This document shows, piece by piece, positions 1 through 12,490 of a stretch of 64,000 bases of DNA. The translations under genes were made by a program, and so were the position numbers. The stretch comes from Octopus bimaculoides (taxonomy: Eukaryota), in the NCBI RefSeq assembly GCF_001194135.2, contig NC_068982.1, forward strand, positions 93,343,381 through 93,407,380, given 5' to 3'. A model generated the notes under the pieces. That model was not told the DNA's origin and ran no database searches. It was given only the letters and a program-made list of their open reading frames with translations. Within the stretch, counting starts at the first letter, position 1; each line of letters opens with the position of its first letter.

Positions 1-280
1 AAATATTTTCAGAGAAAAATGCGAACAATTCCAGGGAGGTTTTGCTGTTGTTTCTAGCACAATTCAAACCACACTCCGTTTTCACTCTCACATGTATTGA
101 CATTTTTTCAATATCTTTCTCTCACTAAACACATTTTATGGAATGATGATGCCGAAGTACCACACACGTGGTCCATTGGTGGAATACAAGCAACAAAATA
201 AGTTGTAATCTAATCTTTTACCCCCACTTCAATCAAGCGAAGCTATGTGTGTGTAAGAAAGAATCTTTTCTAACAGAAAA

Positions 281-1080
281 GTAACGAGCAAAAATGCTAG
301 CTCTAAAATCTCTCTAAGAGACCAACGGAGTAGTTGTACTGACAAGTAATATCCGTAGCCACCTTAACATAACTCTACTGCGATTTTTTAACCACAAGAA
401 GGACATCACTTCTAGCTGGTTAACGATGCGAAACTGTATCCGATAAAATTGTGAGCAGGGGAGCGAACCCCTACCATCTCTTAGCGACGGGACGAGTAGA
501 CCAGTCCTGGTTTCGGGCTATTTCTGCCACTTCTCAATACTGGACACCTCGTATGCTAGAGATGGTAACAGCTCGCTTATGCACGCAATATATATATATA
601 TATATATATATCAAGCGAACACACAGTCGCTGATTTTGCTCGCAGTCTTATCGTTAACCAGCTAGAGAAGATGTCATCTTGGGGTTAAAAAAATCGCAGT
701 AGAATCCTCTCGAACGGACAGCCATGCTAAAGTGGCTACGAATATTATTTGTCTGTACAACTGCGGTTATCTCTTAGAGAGATTTTGGAACTAGCATTTT
801 TGCTTGTTGCAAAATCAGTAACTGTGTTTTCACTTGAAATATATATATTGCATGCAGAAGCGAGATGCTATTATCTCTGTCAGACGATGTGTCCGGTACT
901 GAGGCGTGGCAGAAATAACCCGAAACCAGGACTGGTATACTGGTCCCGTCGCTAGAAGATGGTAGGGGTTCGCTCTCCTGTTCGCAATTTTATCGGATGC
1001 CGCTGTCCTCTTAGGGTTAAGAAATCGAAGTAGAGTCCGCTCGAACGGACAGCCATGTTAAAGTGGCTACTAATATTACT
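281..1080. repeat. Three copies of one ~320-bp interspersed repeat: one on the minus strand (281-590) and two tandem partial plus-strand copies (650-810, 846-1080)
   Basis: 281-427 is the approximate reverse complement of 650-810 (…ttctagctggttaacgat / atcgttaaccagctagagaag…). 436-590 is the approximate reverse complement of 846-1000 (gaacccctaccatct / agatggtaggggttc). The segment gaacggacagccatg.taaagtggctac recurs at ~712 and ~1042. Confidence 0.8.
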
Positions 1081-1584
1081 TAACAGAAAAGTATGTTATT
1101 ACTCCTCTCCCATCCCCCTCATAATAACTTGATCACCAACTGACACTCCTTTTTAATTTTCTCTTCCTCTTTCTTTCTTCTTTCCTAACCTATTCTTTTG
1201 AACATTCTCCTCACTTTAACATACACATTTTTTCTTTCCTCTCTGTCTACTTAATACTACCACTATATTCTCAAAATTTCATTCACACCACAAGACCCCT
1301 TTGAATGAACAGCACATGGAGTCTACGTCTCCACACTTTCAATTTGCAATGACAAAATGTGAACTTTTATTGAAATTTACATACCATGGACAAGAAGCAT
1401 TTCTACCACTTCTACACGCCATTTTCCTTGGATAATGGGACTGCAATTATAACATCCTACATATATTTTTATTTTTATTTTTATTCTCTTATTTCCCTTT
1501 ATACTTCTTATTTCCATCCTTTTCCAAAACAACTCCTTATATTGAAATCTCCTATTTCCCTCTATTTAACCATCTCATTTAACC

Positions 1585-1632
1585 GTCTCAGATGAAGGGA
1601 TATCCCTAATATCCCAGAAACAGCTATAAGAC
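1585..1632 (+). ncRNA. Degenerate minimal type I hammerhead ribozyme (Penelope pLTR type)
   Basis: GTCT-CAGATGA-A-GGGATA(tccctaa)TATCCC-A-GAAAC-AGCT-ATA^AGAC. Stem I is GTCT/AGAC and stem II is 6 bp. Two deviations from consensus: core U4A and cleavage triplet GUA>AUA. Confidence 0.6.
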
Positions 1633-1733
1633 TAACGTTCTCTTTATAAACGATCTGAAAAGTCCAAACAGCCTTGACTTTGTTGTCTCACTTCATTTAA
1701 CATATATATATTTATATATTATATATATATAAA

Positions 1734-1767
<34 letters not shown>

Positions 1768-2518
1768 NNNNNNNNNNNNNNNNNNNNNNNNNNNNNNNNN
1801 NNNNNNNNNNNNNNNNNNNNNNNNNNNNNNNNNNNNNNNNNNNNNNNNNNNNNNNNNNNNNNNNNNNNNNNNNNNNNNNNNNNNNNNNNNNNNNNNNNNN
1901 NNNNNNNNNNNNNNNNNNNNNNNNNNNNNNNNNNNNNNNNNNNNNNNNNNNNNNNNNNNNNNNNNNNNNNNNNNNNNNNNNNNNNNNNNNNNNNNNNNNN
2001 NNNNNNNNNNNNNNNNNNNNNNNNNNNNNNNNNNNNNNNNNNNNNNNNNNNNNNNNNNNNNNNNNNNNNNNNNNNNNNNNNNNNNNNNNNNNNNNNNNNN
2101 NNNNNNNNNNNNNNNNNNNNNNNNNNNNNNNNNNNNNNNNNNNNNNNNNNNNNNNNNNNNNNNNNNNNNNNNNNNNNNNNNNNNNNNNNNNNNNNNNNNN
2201 NNNNNNNNNNNNNNNNNNNNNNNNNNNNNNNNNNNNNNNNNNNNNNNNNNNNNNNNNNNNNNNNNNNNNNNNNNNNNNNNNNNNNNNNNNNNNNNNNNNN
2301 NNNNNNNNNNNNNNNNNNNNNNNNNNNNNNNNNNNNNNNNNNNNNNNNNNNNNNNNNNNNNNNNNNNNNNNNNNNNNNNNNNNNNNNNNNNNNNNNNNNN
2401 NNNNNNNNNNNNNNNNNNNNNNNNNNNNNNNNNNNNNNNNNNNNNNNNNNNNNNNNNNNNNNNNNNNNNNNNNNNNNNNNNNNNNNNNNNNNNNNNNNNN
2501 NNNNNNNNNNNNNNNNNC

Positions 2519-2580
2519 GAAACCGCGATCCTGTGACCGCGAGTCCGCTGCTCTAAGCACCGGGCCATTGCGCCTCCACG
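2519..2580 (-). mobile_element. tRNA-derived SINE head, cut by an assembly gap
   Basis: Reverse complement reads gtggaggcgcaaTGGCCCGGTGCTTAGAGcagcggactcgcggtcacaggatcgcGGTTTCG, an A-box followed by the start of a B-box at the gap. Confidence 0.7.
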
Positions 2581-2631
2581 TGTGTGTGTATATATATATG
2601 TATCTATCTGCGTGTATGTATGCATAATCCT

Positions 2632-2633
<2 letters not shown>

Positions 2634-2678
<45 letters not shown>
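2634..2678. repeat. (GATA)n microsatellite
   Basis: Run of tagatagata…. Confidence 0.95.
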
Positions 2679-2679
<1 letters not shown>

Positions 2680-2799
2680 ATGTGTGCTTCGACACAGTTT
2701 CTAGTGTTATCGACACTAGTCCTAACTGCCGCGAAGTGGGGCCGAATTCTAAACTTGTCTGACCATACAGCCATACCCACACCTATTTATATACTTATA

Positions 2800-3219
2800 T
2801 TTTTTCTTTTTCTTGTTTCATTTATTTGATTGCGGCTATGCTGCGTCACCGCCTTGAAGAATTTTTGTCGATCAAATTGACACCTGTAGATATTATTTTC
2901 TTCTCTTTTTTAGCTTGGTATTTATTCTATCCGTGTCTTTTACCGAACCGTTAAGTTACGGGAACCTAACCACACCAACACCGGTTGTCAAGTGGTGATG
3001 GGAGACAAACCCATTCACAAAGACACACACACACACAGATCTATATCAATTTATATACGACGGACTTCTCTCAGTTTCCTTCTACCAAATCCACTTACAA
3101 AGCTTTGGTCAACCTGAGGCTATTCTAGAAAACATTTGCCCAAGGTGCCACGCAGTGGGACTGAACCGGGAACTATATGGTCGGGAAGAAAACTTCTTAC
3201 TACGTAGCCACGCCTAAGC
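2800..3219 (-). mobile_element. tRNA-derived SINE, family B (full length)
   Basis: Minus strand has a tRNA-like head (gtggctacgtagtaagaag…ccgggttcagtcccactgcgtggcaccttgggcaa), a microsatellite-containing body and a tail. The same family occurs at 22190-22375, 30615-30820, 30840-31230, 32470-32560, 35850-35980, 49985-50085, 56110-56210 and 63050-63210. Confidence 0.8.
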
Positions 3220-3408
3220 ACAAAGTATTAAAAGTGCATAAAATGTGCATTATGTGTAAAGTATTATTTTTCTTTGTGATATGTAAGTTTAACATCCGGA
3301 CCAATGTTTCCTTCAATCGGTCGATTGTGCTCAACAGTTAGAGTAGTAACAACTAACGTCTGATTTAAATGAAGACAAAACAGCTGTGATGCTTGTATAA
3401 CAAAACAT

Positions 3409-3412
<4 letters not shown>

Positions 3413-3494
<82 letters not shown>
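3413..3494. repeat. (CA)n microsatellite followed by (CAAA)n
   Basis: About 40 perfect CA units. Confidence 0.95.
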
Positions 3495-3499
<5 letters not shown>

Positions 3500-3942
3500 A
3501 ACAAACAAACAAACACATGTGCATATGTACACACACACAAACACATACACACATTTATTTAAATGTAAACACGTAAATTATACTCAAGCGTACACGGTAC
3601 ATCGTCGCGTCAGGAAACTTCAAAAGGCCATTTTGAGGACTGGTTCCATTGGTAAGCTTGCTAAAGCATACATACATACATACATGCATACATATATGCA
3701 CATGCACACACACACACACATTTATGTAATGTGTGTGTGAGTGCGACTAACTTTATATACGCTTCTAACGCTGGACCACACACATTGGCATACATGTAAC
3801 GATAATATATATGTTAAAATATATAATAACGCGAATGTTTATGCATCTGCACTAAACTATTTTACAACCACATTCTGAACATATTCATACACTAAAAGAC
3901 TTCAACTGCCCTAGCCTACATGCACACATATAAGCACCCGTC

Positions 3943-3976
<34 letters not shown>

Positions 3977-4272
3977 AACTCCTATCTACTTACTCGCTAT
4001 ATCCTAAATATATGTGTGTCTGCGTGTGCGTGTGTGTGCACGTGTGTGTTTGCGCACGTGTGTGCGTGCATGTGCGTTTTCCTTTGCATTCTTTATGTCT
4101 GTGTTGATATGCTAGTTATCATCTCTCTAACCAGTTTTTCTCCCTCTTTCTCTGACACGTGCACAGTCCACCTATCTATCTATTTATCTTCACACATACA
4201 TACACACACACGCGCGCGCCCCCACACACGCATATTATATATATATGTATATGTAATATAGTGTATATATAC

Positions 4273-4313
<41 letters not shown>

Positions 4314-5734
4314 NNNNNNNNNNNNNNNNNNNNNNNNNNNNNNNNNNNNNNNNNNNNNNNNNNNNNNNNNNNNNNNNNNNNNNNNNNNNNNNNNNNNNNN
4401 NNNNNNNNNNNNNNNNNNNNNNNNNNNNNNNNNNNNNNNNNNNNNNNNNNNNNNNNNNNNNNNNNNNNNNNNNNNNNNNNNNNNNNNNNNNNNNNNNNNN
4501 NNNNNNNNNNNNNNNNNNNNNNNNNNNNNNNNNNNNNNNNNNNNNNNNNNNNNNNNNNNNNNNNNNNNNNNNNNNNNNNNNNNNNNNNNNNNNNNNNNNN
4601 NNNNNNNNNNNNNNNNNNNNNNNNNNNNNNNNNNNNNNNNNNNNNNNNNNNNNNNNNNNNNNNNNNNNNNNNNNNNNNNNNNNNNNNNNNNNNNNNNNNN
4701 NNNNNNNNNNNNNNNTTTTTTTTTTTTTTAGTCAGAAGGAAAGGCAGTACCCATGACCTTCCACAGTCCCCAACCCTACCCCCGTGATTTGTAGAAGGAA
4801 TGGATGGAGAGAAGGAAGGAGAAAGAGGAGAGAAAGGAAGAAGAAAAGTAACCCCAAATCGGAAACCTGGCCCGAATGCGTGCAACACAGCGAACTACGC
4901 TAAAAAAATCCTAGAAAGTTAGGTGGTGGTGTTAAACAGAGTGACAGATGAAGTATGCCACTCATGTAAGCCACGGCAGGATTCGAACTCAGGACGCAAA
5001 GAACCGGAACAAATGTCACAAGACGTTGAACCTAATGTTCTTACAGTTAACCCAACACTCTGGAACGGCTGTAATAAAACTTCCGTATATGACCACTGGA
5101 CCAATGTAGTAGAACTCTTTAACCTCTCAATGATTACTATTTAATTTATCTAAAACCAGTTCAAATAAGTTTGAGAGATATTTGAGACCGTGAAGAGCTT
5201 TTCGCTACAGTTTATCAAAGAGGAAAAAAATTTCGCACGGGACAAAAAGGTGTCAAAACACTATAGTCAGCTCAAAGCGATCTCTATTTGAGTGGTAGAT
5301 GCATTTTGTACACTTTAGTTCTCTTCAGTTCCAGATAAAAAAAAGAAAGCAACGCTGAACTGACGAAAAAGCGAAGCTTCTTTTATAAAAAATCAGTCAA
5401 TATTACTGACCTAAAACGCATGATGTGGGTGATATCTTCCACCCTGGTTTAGCAGATCTGACTATTTTTATCACAACGCGAAGATTTGGTGGTATCTTTG
5501 TCTCTCTTCTTTATCAAGTATTTAGTAACTATCTCCTATTCCTGAATAGTGACGGGATATCCTTCTATGTCACTCTTCCTTTCAACGCTATTGCTGCCTT
5601 CTAGCTTACGAGATATGTACCCATGCATTGCGTTTTGTTGGGATAATGCCTCCTTCCCCTCCAATGTTCTGTTTAGGTAGAGCAGTCCAGCCTCTTTTGG
5701 GTTGCATGAAACAGCTGTATTCTTACAGTACTTG

Positions 5735-5898
5735 TACAGTACTTTCTCCTTTCTGGTTTTGAGAAGCCTAATTTTTCAAGATTGGTATTTAGGCAGTGTG
5801 TTACATATCCTAGGGCACCAATAATTACAGGTATAAACCTGAACTTGTAATCTAAATAGAGTAACTGCAGATTTCTCAATAGTTCAGCGTAGGTATTC
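5735..5898 (-). mobile_element. C-terminal fragment of an RLE-type (R4/Dong-like) non-LTR retrotransposon
   Basis: Translates NTYAELLRNLQLLYLDYKFRFIPVIIGALGYVTHCLNTNLEKLGF, matching the K-Y..L..EL..LY…P(I/V)VIGALG tail of restriction-like endonuclease domains. Confidence 0.65.
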
Positions 5899-6009
5899 TA
5901 TGTATGTATGTCTGTATGTATGCATGTATGTATTTATTAGGCATACATATATTCACTACACTTATATGCACATATATACACTAATGTAAGCGTTTATATG
6001 TGTGTATGC

Positions 6010-6052
<43 letters not shown>

Positions 6053-6084
6053 TGAAAAATGTATTAAATACTACAAAACATACA

Positions 6085-6880
6085 CGTAGGACAGACACAG
6101 AAGGACCCTAATTCAAGGACAAGAGGAAAAATCGCACTACGAAACTTTTGAACAAATTCAAGCATCCCCTCCAACTGAACGTGCTTTGATTTTTCTCAGA
6201 GGAGAAAATTTTCTGCCAGAATCAGATGGTGAACACACAAAACAACCGTTAGCTTGCCATGTCTTTAACACATGTACTTAGAGTGATAAAAATCAAGCAT
6301 TCAGTCAATATCATGGTGTTTAGAGTGATCACTGGTGATGGCGACGTTATGCCTCCATTCACCTTCTCACACAGCCTCATACTCAACACAGAGGCCTACA
6401 TTAAGTGCCTGGAGGAGGAAGTGCTGCCCTGGGTCAAGAGGATGACTGCTGGAAGACCCTATGTCTGGCAACAGGACTCTGCACCATGCCACACAAGCAA
6501 GAGAACCCTGTCATGGCTTCCAGACAATTTCTGTGTCCACATCACCCCTGACATCTGACCACCTAACTCCCCAGACTGCAACCTCCATTATTATTATGTG
6601 TGGGATGCAGTTGAGCGAGAGACCAACAAAATTCCTTGTAACACCAAAGATGAACTGAAGACAAGGAGTATGGCAGCATTCACCTACTTAAACAGGGAGA
6701 CCGTCCAGAAGAGTTGTAGAAAATTTCGAAGTCGTCTGGAGGCCGTGTTTGAAGCCAATGATGATTTTATTGCATCGAGATATTTATATGCAATTTTAGT
6801 AAATATATCTGTTAAAATGCGATGTCAATATTATTTTCATTTTTGCGTAATTTAGACGACAATTTATTCACCGCACCCTA
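6085..6880 (+). mobile_element. Tc1/mariner-superfamily transposon, maT (DD37D)-like; 3' half, pseudogenised
   Basis: Translates …IMVFRVITGDGDVMPP…WQQDSAPCHTSKRTLSWLPDNF…I*PPNSPDCN(LHY)YYVWDAVE. Spacing from the QDSA Asp to the (decayed) PLD position is 37 residues. The right end …ccgcaccctata resembles a CAGGGTG-type TIR plus TA. Confidence 0.8.
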
Positions 6881-7559
6881 TATATNNNNNNNNNNNNNNN
6901 NNNNNNNNNNNNNNNNNNNNNNNNNNNNNNNNNNNNNNNNNNNNNNNNNNNNNNNNNNNNNNNNNNNNNNNNNNNNNNNNNNNNNNNNNNNNNNNNNNNN
7001 NNNNNNNNNNNNNNNNNNNNNNNNNNNNNNNNNNNNNNNNNNNNNNNNNNNNNNNNNNNNNNNNNNNNNNNNNNNNNNNNNNNNNNNNNNNNNNNNNNNN
7101 NNNNNNNNNNNNNNNNNNNNNNNNNNNNNNNNNNNNNNNNNNNNNNNNNNNNNNNNNNNNNNNNNNNNNNNNNNNNNNNNNNNNNNNNNNNNNNNNNNNN
7201 NNNNNNNNNNNNNNNNNNNNNNNNNNNNNNNNNNNNNNNNNNNNNNNNNNNNNNNNNNNNNNNNNNNNNNNNNNNNNNNNNNNNNNNNNNNNNNNNNNNN
7301 NNNNNNNNNNNNNNNNNNNNNNNNNNNNNNNNNNNNNNNNNNNNNNNNNNNNNNNNNNNNNNNNNNNNNNNNNNNNNNNNNNNNNNNNNNNNNNNNNNNN
7401 NNNNNNNNNNNNNNNNNNNNNNNNNNNNNNNNNNNNNNNNNNNNNNNNNNNNNNNNNNNNNNNNNNNNNNNNNNNNNNNNNNNNNNNNNNNNNNNNNNNN
7501 NNNNNNNNNNNNNNNNNNNNNNNNNNNNNNNNNNNNNNNNNNNNNNNNNNNNNNNNNNT

Positions 7560-7720
7560 ATATGGTGGTTGTCTACTCCTTAAACAGAGTTTGACCACCT
7601 CCTGCACCTACACATTAGCCCTTTCATGGCGTCTGATGTGGCTTTTTAAACCAGACAGTGTTTTGAAAAAACACCCACACAGATTGCACCTCTGATTTGC
7701 ACTACCAGTCTTTGTGAACA
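7560..7720 (-). mobile_element. 3' end of an RTE LINE with C-terminal C2H2 finger
   Basis: CNLCGCFFKTLSGLKSHIRRH (7626-7688; C-x2-C-x12-H-x3-H), then a stop, a short 3' UTR …agtagacaaccaccata and a TA tail. The tail architecture matches the RTE end at ~15870. Confidence 0.65.
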
Positions 7721-7998
7721 CCCTGTATATGTGTATATGTGGCAAATAATGAAAGTTGTTTAATGTGCAATAATTAAATTGAAATAATAGTGAGGTATTA
7801 TGTATGCAAGTCGAACTGAGCGGTTGATCACGCTTACATTTATTGTGTGTCGATAACTTTGATACTCGATATTTCTGTGAAACGATATTATATCGCTGAT
7901 GAGAACCAAACGAGATTTGAAGCCGTTTAGCAAATCCATTCACCTTTCTGTCAAAGGAGAAAAAGTATATATACATATATGTGTGTGTGTGTGTGTAT

Positions 7999-8059
<61 letters not shown>

Positions 8060-9150
8060 TGTGATTTTTTAAATATATGAAATAACAGGCATATATTTGG
8101 GTCGATTCTTCTTAAATAAAGTTATAATCTTTGTCGAAGTTAAAAATCAATATTAAAATCTTGAATCTTCACTCGGGCAGAATGCCACAAATCTAGAGTG
8201 GAAGAAAAATAAAATTGTGTAGCGTTCATAAACCGCAGCCGCCATTCTAGAATATGGTGACTGGAAAATATATGCGAATCAGAGAAGATTTTACTAAAAC
8301 CAGAAACAGGGTGCTATAACAGAAAACGGTAGACATTTGCGAACTGAGACGGAAAGCTGACTTTGATTTCCTTTGAAGCAAATTTCTTTAATTTAAGGCA
8401 CCAGTTCATTTGGTGAATGGCATAAACATCACAGAATCTCATCATAATCCTATCAAAATTATGGTTTTCAGTGTGCTTAGACGGAAATCAATTTATTAAC
8501 ACTATATAGGTAATGAATTTTCAGTACTTTATCTTATGTTCAGCTAATTGATCAACGCCGACTATTATAGTAAAGGGGGAGGGGGAATCACAATGGATGA
8601 TATACAAAAACATCAAAAAATTATCTCCAAAGAAAGCGAAGCAGAAGAAGATAAGCCAGTTAAAGAAAATGAATAAGATTTGAAGTCAGAAGCTATAAAA
8701 ATAGGTGGTAATAAATTCGGATTGACAGTGAGTTATTTAGTATCAGTTACTAGACGAGAGCGGTGGGTAAACGAGACAGGGAAAAACAATTGAGACGATC
8801 ACAATTATTGCTGCCATTTTATCAGTAAGTCTCATTTTCTCAACATCTCCAATGTATTCTAATGTATACACACGTATGTAAGTGCGTGTATATATGTATA
8901 CATGCGTGTTTGTGTGTGTGTGTGTGTGTGTGTATGCATTGCATGTATGTATGTATGTATGTATGTATGTAGGGATGCATGTATGTATGTGTGAGTGTGT
9001 GTGCGTGTATATATATATATATATNNNNNNNNNNNNNNNNNNNNNNNNNNNNNNNNNNNNNNNNNNNNNNNNNNNNNNNNNNNNNNNNNNNNNNNNNNNN
9101 NNNNNNNNNNNNNNNNNNNNNNNNNNNNNNNNNNNNNNNNNNNNNNNNNN

Positions 9151-9204
<54 letters not shown>

Positions 9205-9994
9205 GAGCAGTATCTGAAAACCGCCAGGGATTCATTCTGAGATATTGTTCTCAGCTCTATTTCATCCCATCACTTCATCACTTTTCAACAAGTACACAAA
9301 GGAAACGAATCACTAAGTAGATGTGATTGATGAGAAAATTCAGTGCAGTGCAATCAATTTTCAACCAAAACTTTATAACAACTTGTATAATTGAACAAGT
9401 TGATCGAACTAACAAACATTAAGAGATGAGGACAAAAGATTTATTTCTATGCCAGAATAATTTTTTTTCTTCTTCAGTTTCATGGCTCTTGATCGATTTC
9501 TTTAATCAATTGTTTTGTTTCTTTTCAATTTTGCCAAAAAAATGACACCAAACTATCCTCGGCCAAGTTATATATATAGATACCACCCGGAAGCATAGCT
9601 TTAAGTAGTGAGTATATTACTTAAAACCGATAAGTACAACTATATTTTTATGCTCTCAGTTCAAATCCTCTCTTTATCATGAGAGCAGGCAGATGAAAAC
9701 TTTTTCACGGTCCCCTCTTTGAATCAAGACTGAGAATGAAGTTTTCAGAGAATATCACTACTTCTCAAATATTACATTATTACACAATTGCTAACTCATC
9801 AAATTAAATACTGCATCGAATATAATATCGATTTATTTATGGTAATTCATCATTTAAGTAACATTTACTTTTCAGTATACAAACAGTGGTGGCGCCAGTG
9901 TTTTATAACAAACCTGGCAAGTTTAAGGGCGAGTAAAGTTTTATATATGATAATTTATATATATAATAAATCAAATTCAAAATTCATTTCTTAA

Positions 9995-10455
9995 CAGCAT
10001 GAACTACTGATGTGGACCGAGCAATGAACAGGTTGATTTGCTGCAGTAAGGCCAAAAATTCTCTCACAGCCTTTACATTTTTACATAATCAACTGCTACC
10101 AGCTGGATCGGTGGGTGTGACAGAGGCATCAACAATAAATGAGACAATGACACGTAACTTTGCTTGAGTACCAGCTATTTTTCTATTCATTGCCGAGAAA
10201 CCTTCTTAGCATTGAAAGACACATAACTGGTCGTCACAATGCAAAAGTGATTCAGAATTAAGTTCAGAAGTATTTCCATAAATGTAACTCAGAATAAAGG
10301 AAAGCAGTTCATTTTTAGAACTGTCCATTGTTTCATCCACAATTAATCCAAATTATCCTGACTTAAACATTTCTTAAGCTATTTCTTCTTTGATCACTGA
10401 TGTCATGACAGAAAGAAACTTGTCATGAATATTGTGTAGTAAATATTTTGCATTT
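9995..10455 (-). mobile_element. hAT transposase relic (ZMYM1/DUF4371-like)
   Basis: Translates AKYLLHNIHDKFLSVMTSVIKEEIA*EMFKSG*FGLIVDETMDSSKNELLSFILSY and, in another frame, LCKNVKAVREFLALLQQINLFIARS. These match the hAT DET.D.S..EQLS motif and the downstream helix. Confidence 0.7.
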
Positions 10456-11099
10456 AGGGGCCCCTACGTTAGTCACTCCCTGACGATAGGGTCGTGGTTC
10501 GATATCTGGTCTATTGTTTCTTCCACATTGCCATTTCTGAGACTTCATATTTATATCCTTGTTTAAGAAATCTGTTGAAGTGTCGCTACTCATAAACCAG
10601 ATAGGTATTGCCCGTTTTCACATTAACTTCGTTGGCCATGTATAATGTAAATCCCCCCCCCCTAAAGGTTTTGGTAATCTCTCCGAGCAGAAGCAAATGT
10701 GATACGGAATTGGAATCACCGGTGGACAGCGAACGCTACCAGCAGCATATTCCAATCGAGGAATTTTTTTTTTTATTAAACGCCTACTCATGTACTGTTC
10801 TTTGATTTACCCAGAAAATGTCGAAAGTGAAAAACGTATTCTATTCATGGACGTCATTCGAAAAACTTTAAATTGAAATTCCGACAATTTGAGCCAAAAA
10901 GCACTTGGGAAAATTCCTATTGTGATTGACAGGATATTTATATTTGTGTTTTTTTTTTTGTTCTGTACATTTTACCTGTTCCTTGTGTTTAATTTCTTCT
11001 GTTTCGGTGTAACTCCACGCTGATATGTTTGCGTGACTGAACATTTTGTCGTCAACATCCTGAAAATAGCACGTTTTGTCAATATTTGTAAACAACACA

Positions 11100-11988
11100 T
11101 GTTATATCTCCGCTAATTTTCTTTCGTGTAAATAGATGTTTATGTTAATTTAAAAGATTTATCCAAAAAATTTTATTTAGCTGTTATTCTTAGCACACAA
11201 CAGAATCACCTCAATGCTCAATGACAAAAAGAAATGAGTAAACAAACATTTAAGCATTCAATAGGCATTTAACGCAAATGCGATAAACAACACGTTACAT
11301 GCGATATAAACATTACAATTTTTAACAGAAATATTTGGAAGAATTAGAAGAAAGTCCTCCGGTAATTTTTTTACTTGTAAATAAATGTTTGCATTAATTT
11401 AAAAAATTGCCAGCAAAATCTTATAAAATGACAATGTTCCAAAAGATGTACATGTTTATATGTTATATACGAAAATAAGAGTGTACAAAATATGCTTAAA
11501 AACAAACATTTAAACATTAAAAAACAAACATTTAACTTTCGGTTTTAGTTTTAAAAATACCCTCCTTTGTTTTCAATGTTTCCATAACAAACGAAGTTAC
11601 TGGAGTTTACTGCCATAATCACACAGAACACAGCGTCAAATTTGTCAATTCGTGCTTCCTCGCAGATAAAAGACATTTCAAAGACTGCTTGGATTTCCTT
11701 GTTACTATGGCAACAGCCACGTTGAGAGACAAAAGAGTTCTCATATTCCGCTTCTTACTATCTAAACGGGCGTGCATGTGTCTGCGGTTTACGATTGTTT
11801 AAAATTTCCAAAATTTTCAAACTTCAATTGCTAATAACTTTTTTTTATTATTATTTATAGCGAAAATTACTTTCACGTCAATAATCAGCCTATAAAAATG
11901 TATCATTACACTGAATATGAAATCAATTGGAACAGGATTGATGCTGGCAGCCAAACCGATAAGATCCTGTCTTAGTCGTAAGAGTTAA
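11100..11988. mobile_element. Putative non-autonomous DNA transposon ending in a piggyBac-like …AGAG|TTAA terminus
   Basis: Internal ~60-bp direct repeats (~11110 and ~11360), short aaacaaacattt repeats, and the terminus cttagtcgtaagagTTAA (TTAA at 11985-11988). The matching left end was not found. Confidence 0.3.
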
Positions 11989-12054
11989 CTATTTTCCGTT
12001 CCCGTTCCGTTAAGGTTCTTGCTGCATGAAGGAAGAGAATATAACCGTTTATGT

Positions 12055-12490
12055 ATATTATATTTTCCAATGCAGACGAACACAACTTTTCTCCCGTTTA
12101 GCGCTATACTATCTCAGTTTGTCGAATAACAGCGCACAGACTAGATTGAAATTCGGTCTAGTTACCTACTCCGTTGATAACTTTCTAAAGCTCCAGTATC
12201 TATCAAAATTTTTATTTTACCGTGTTTGGTCGTACTTCTGCTGCCGTTCACATAAATGATAAAGAGAATGGGGTCAACACTAATGGCTTTTGCTGGGTTC
12301 GAGTGGACACTATCGGTCATATGTTGCGTTAATTTTATCAGCCAACACAATCCATTGCAAAACCTTTCCACGGAATTTTATATTGGATAGTTTTCCCAAC
12401 ATAATACCCCGATCGAACGTGTCGAAGACCTTGCTGAAGACAAAGTACACGGCATGTATGTTAGCACCCTCTCCCAAAGTATTGAAGCAT
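12055..12490 (-). mobile_element. CR1/L2-type LINE reverse transcriptase fragment
   Basis: Translates GANIHAVYFVFSKVFDTFDRGIMLGKL…KVLQWI, then VDPILFIIYVN…KIKILIDT (decayed FADDT) …LNGRKVVFVCIGK. Confidence 0.8.

Noticed and set aside
5708-5719. GAAACAGCTGTA, the right half of a hammerhead
   Set aside because: There is no CTGANGA core or stem I partner upstream; at best a fragment.
7626-7688. Canonical C2H2 zinc finger suggesting a host ZNF gene
   Set aside because: It is a single finger followed by a stop, an RTE-type 3' UTR and a TA tail, so it is the C-terminal finger of an RTE LINE.
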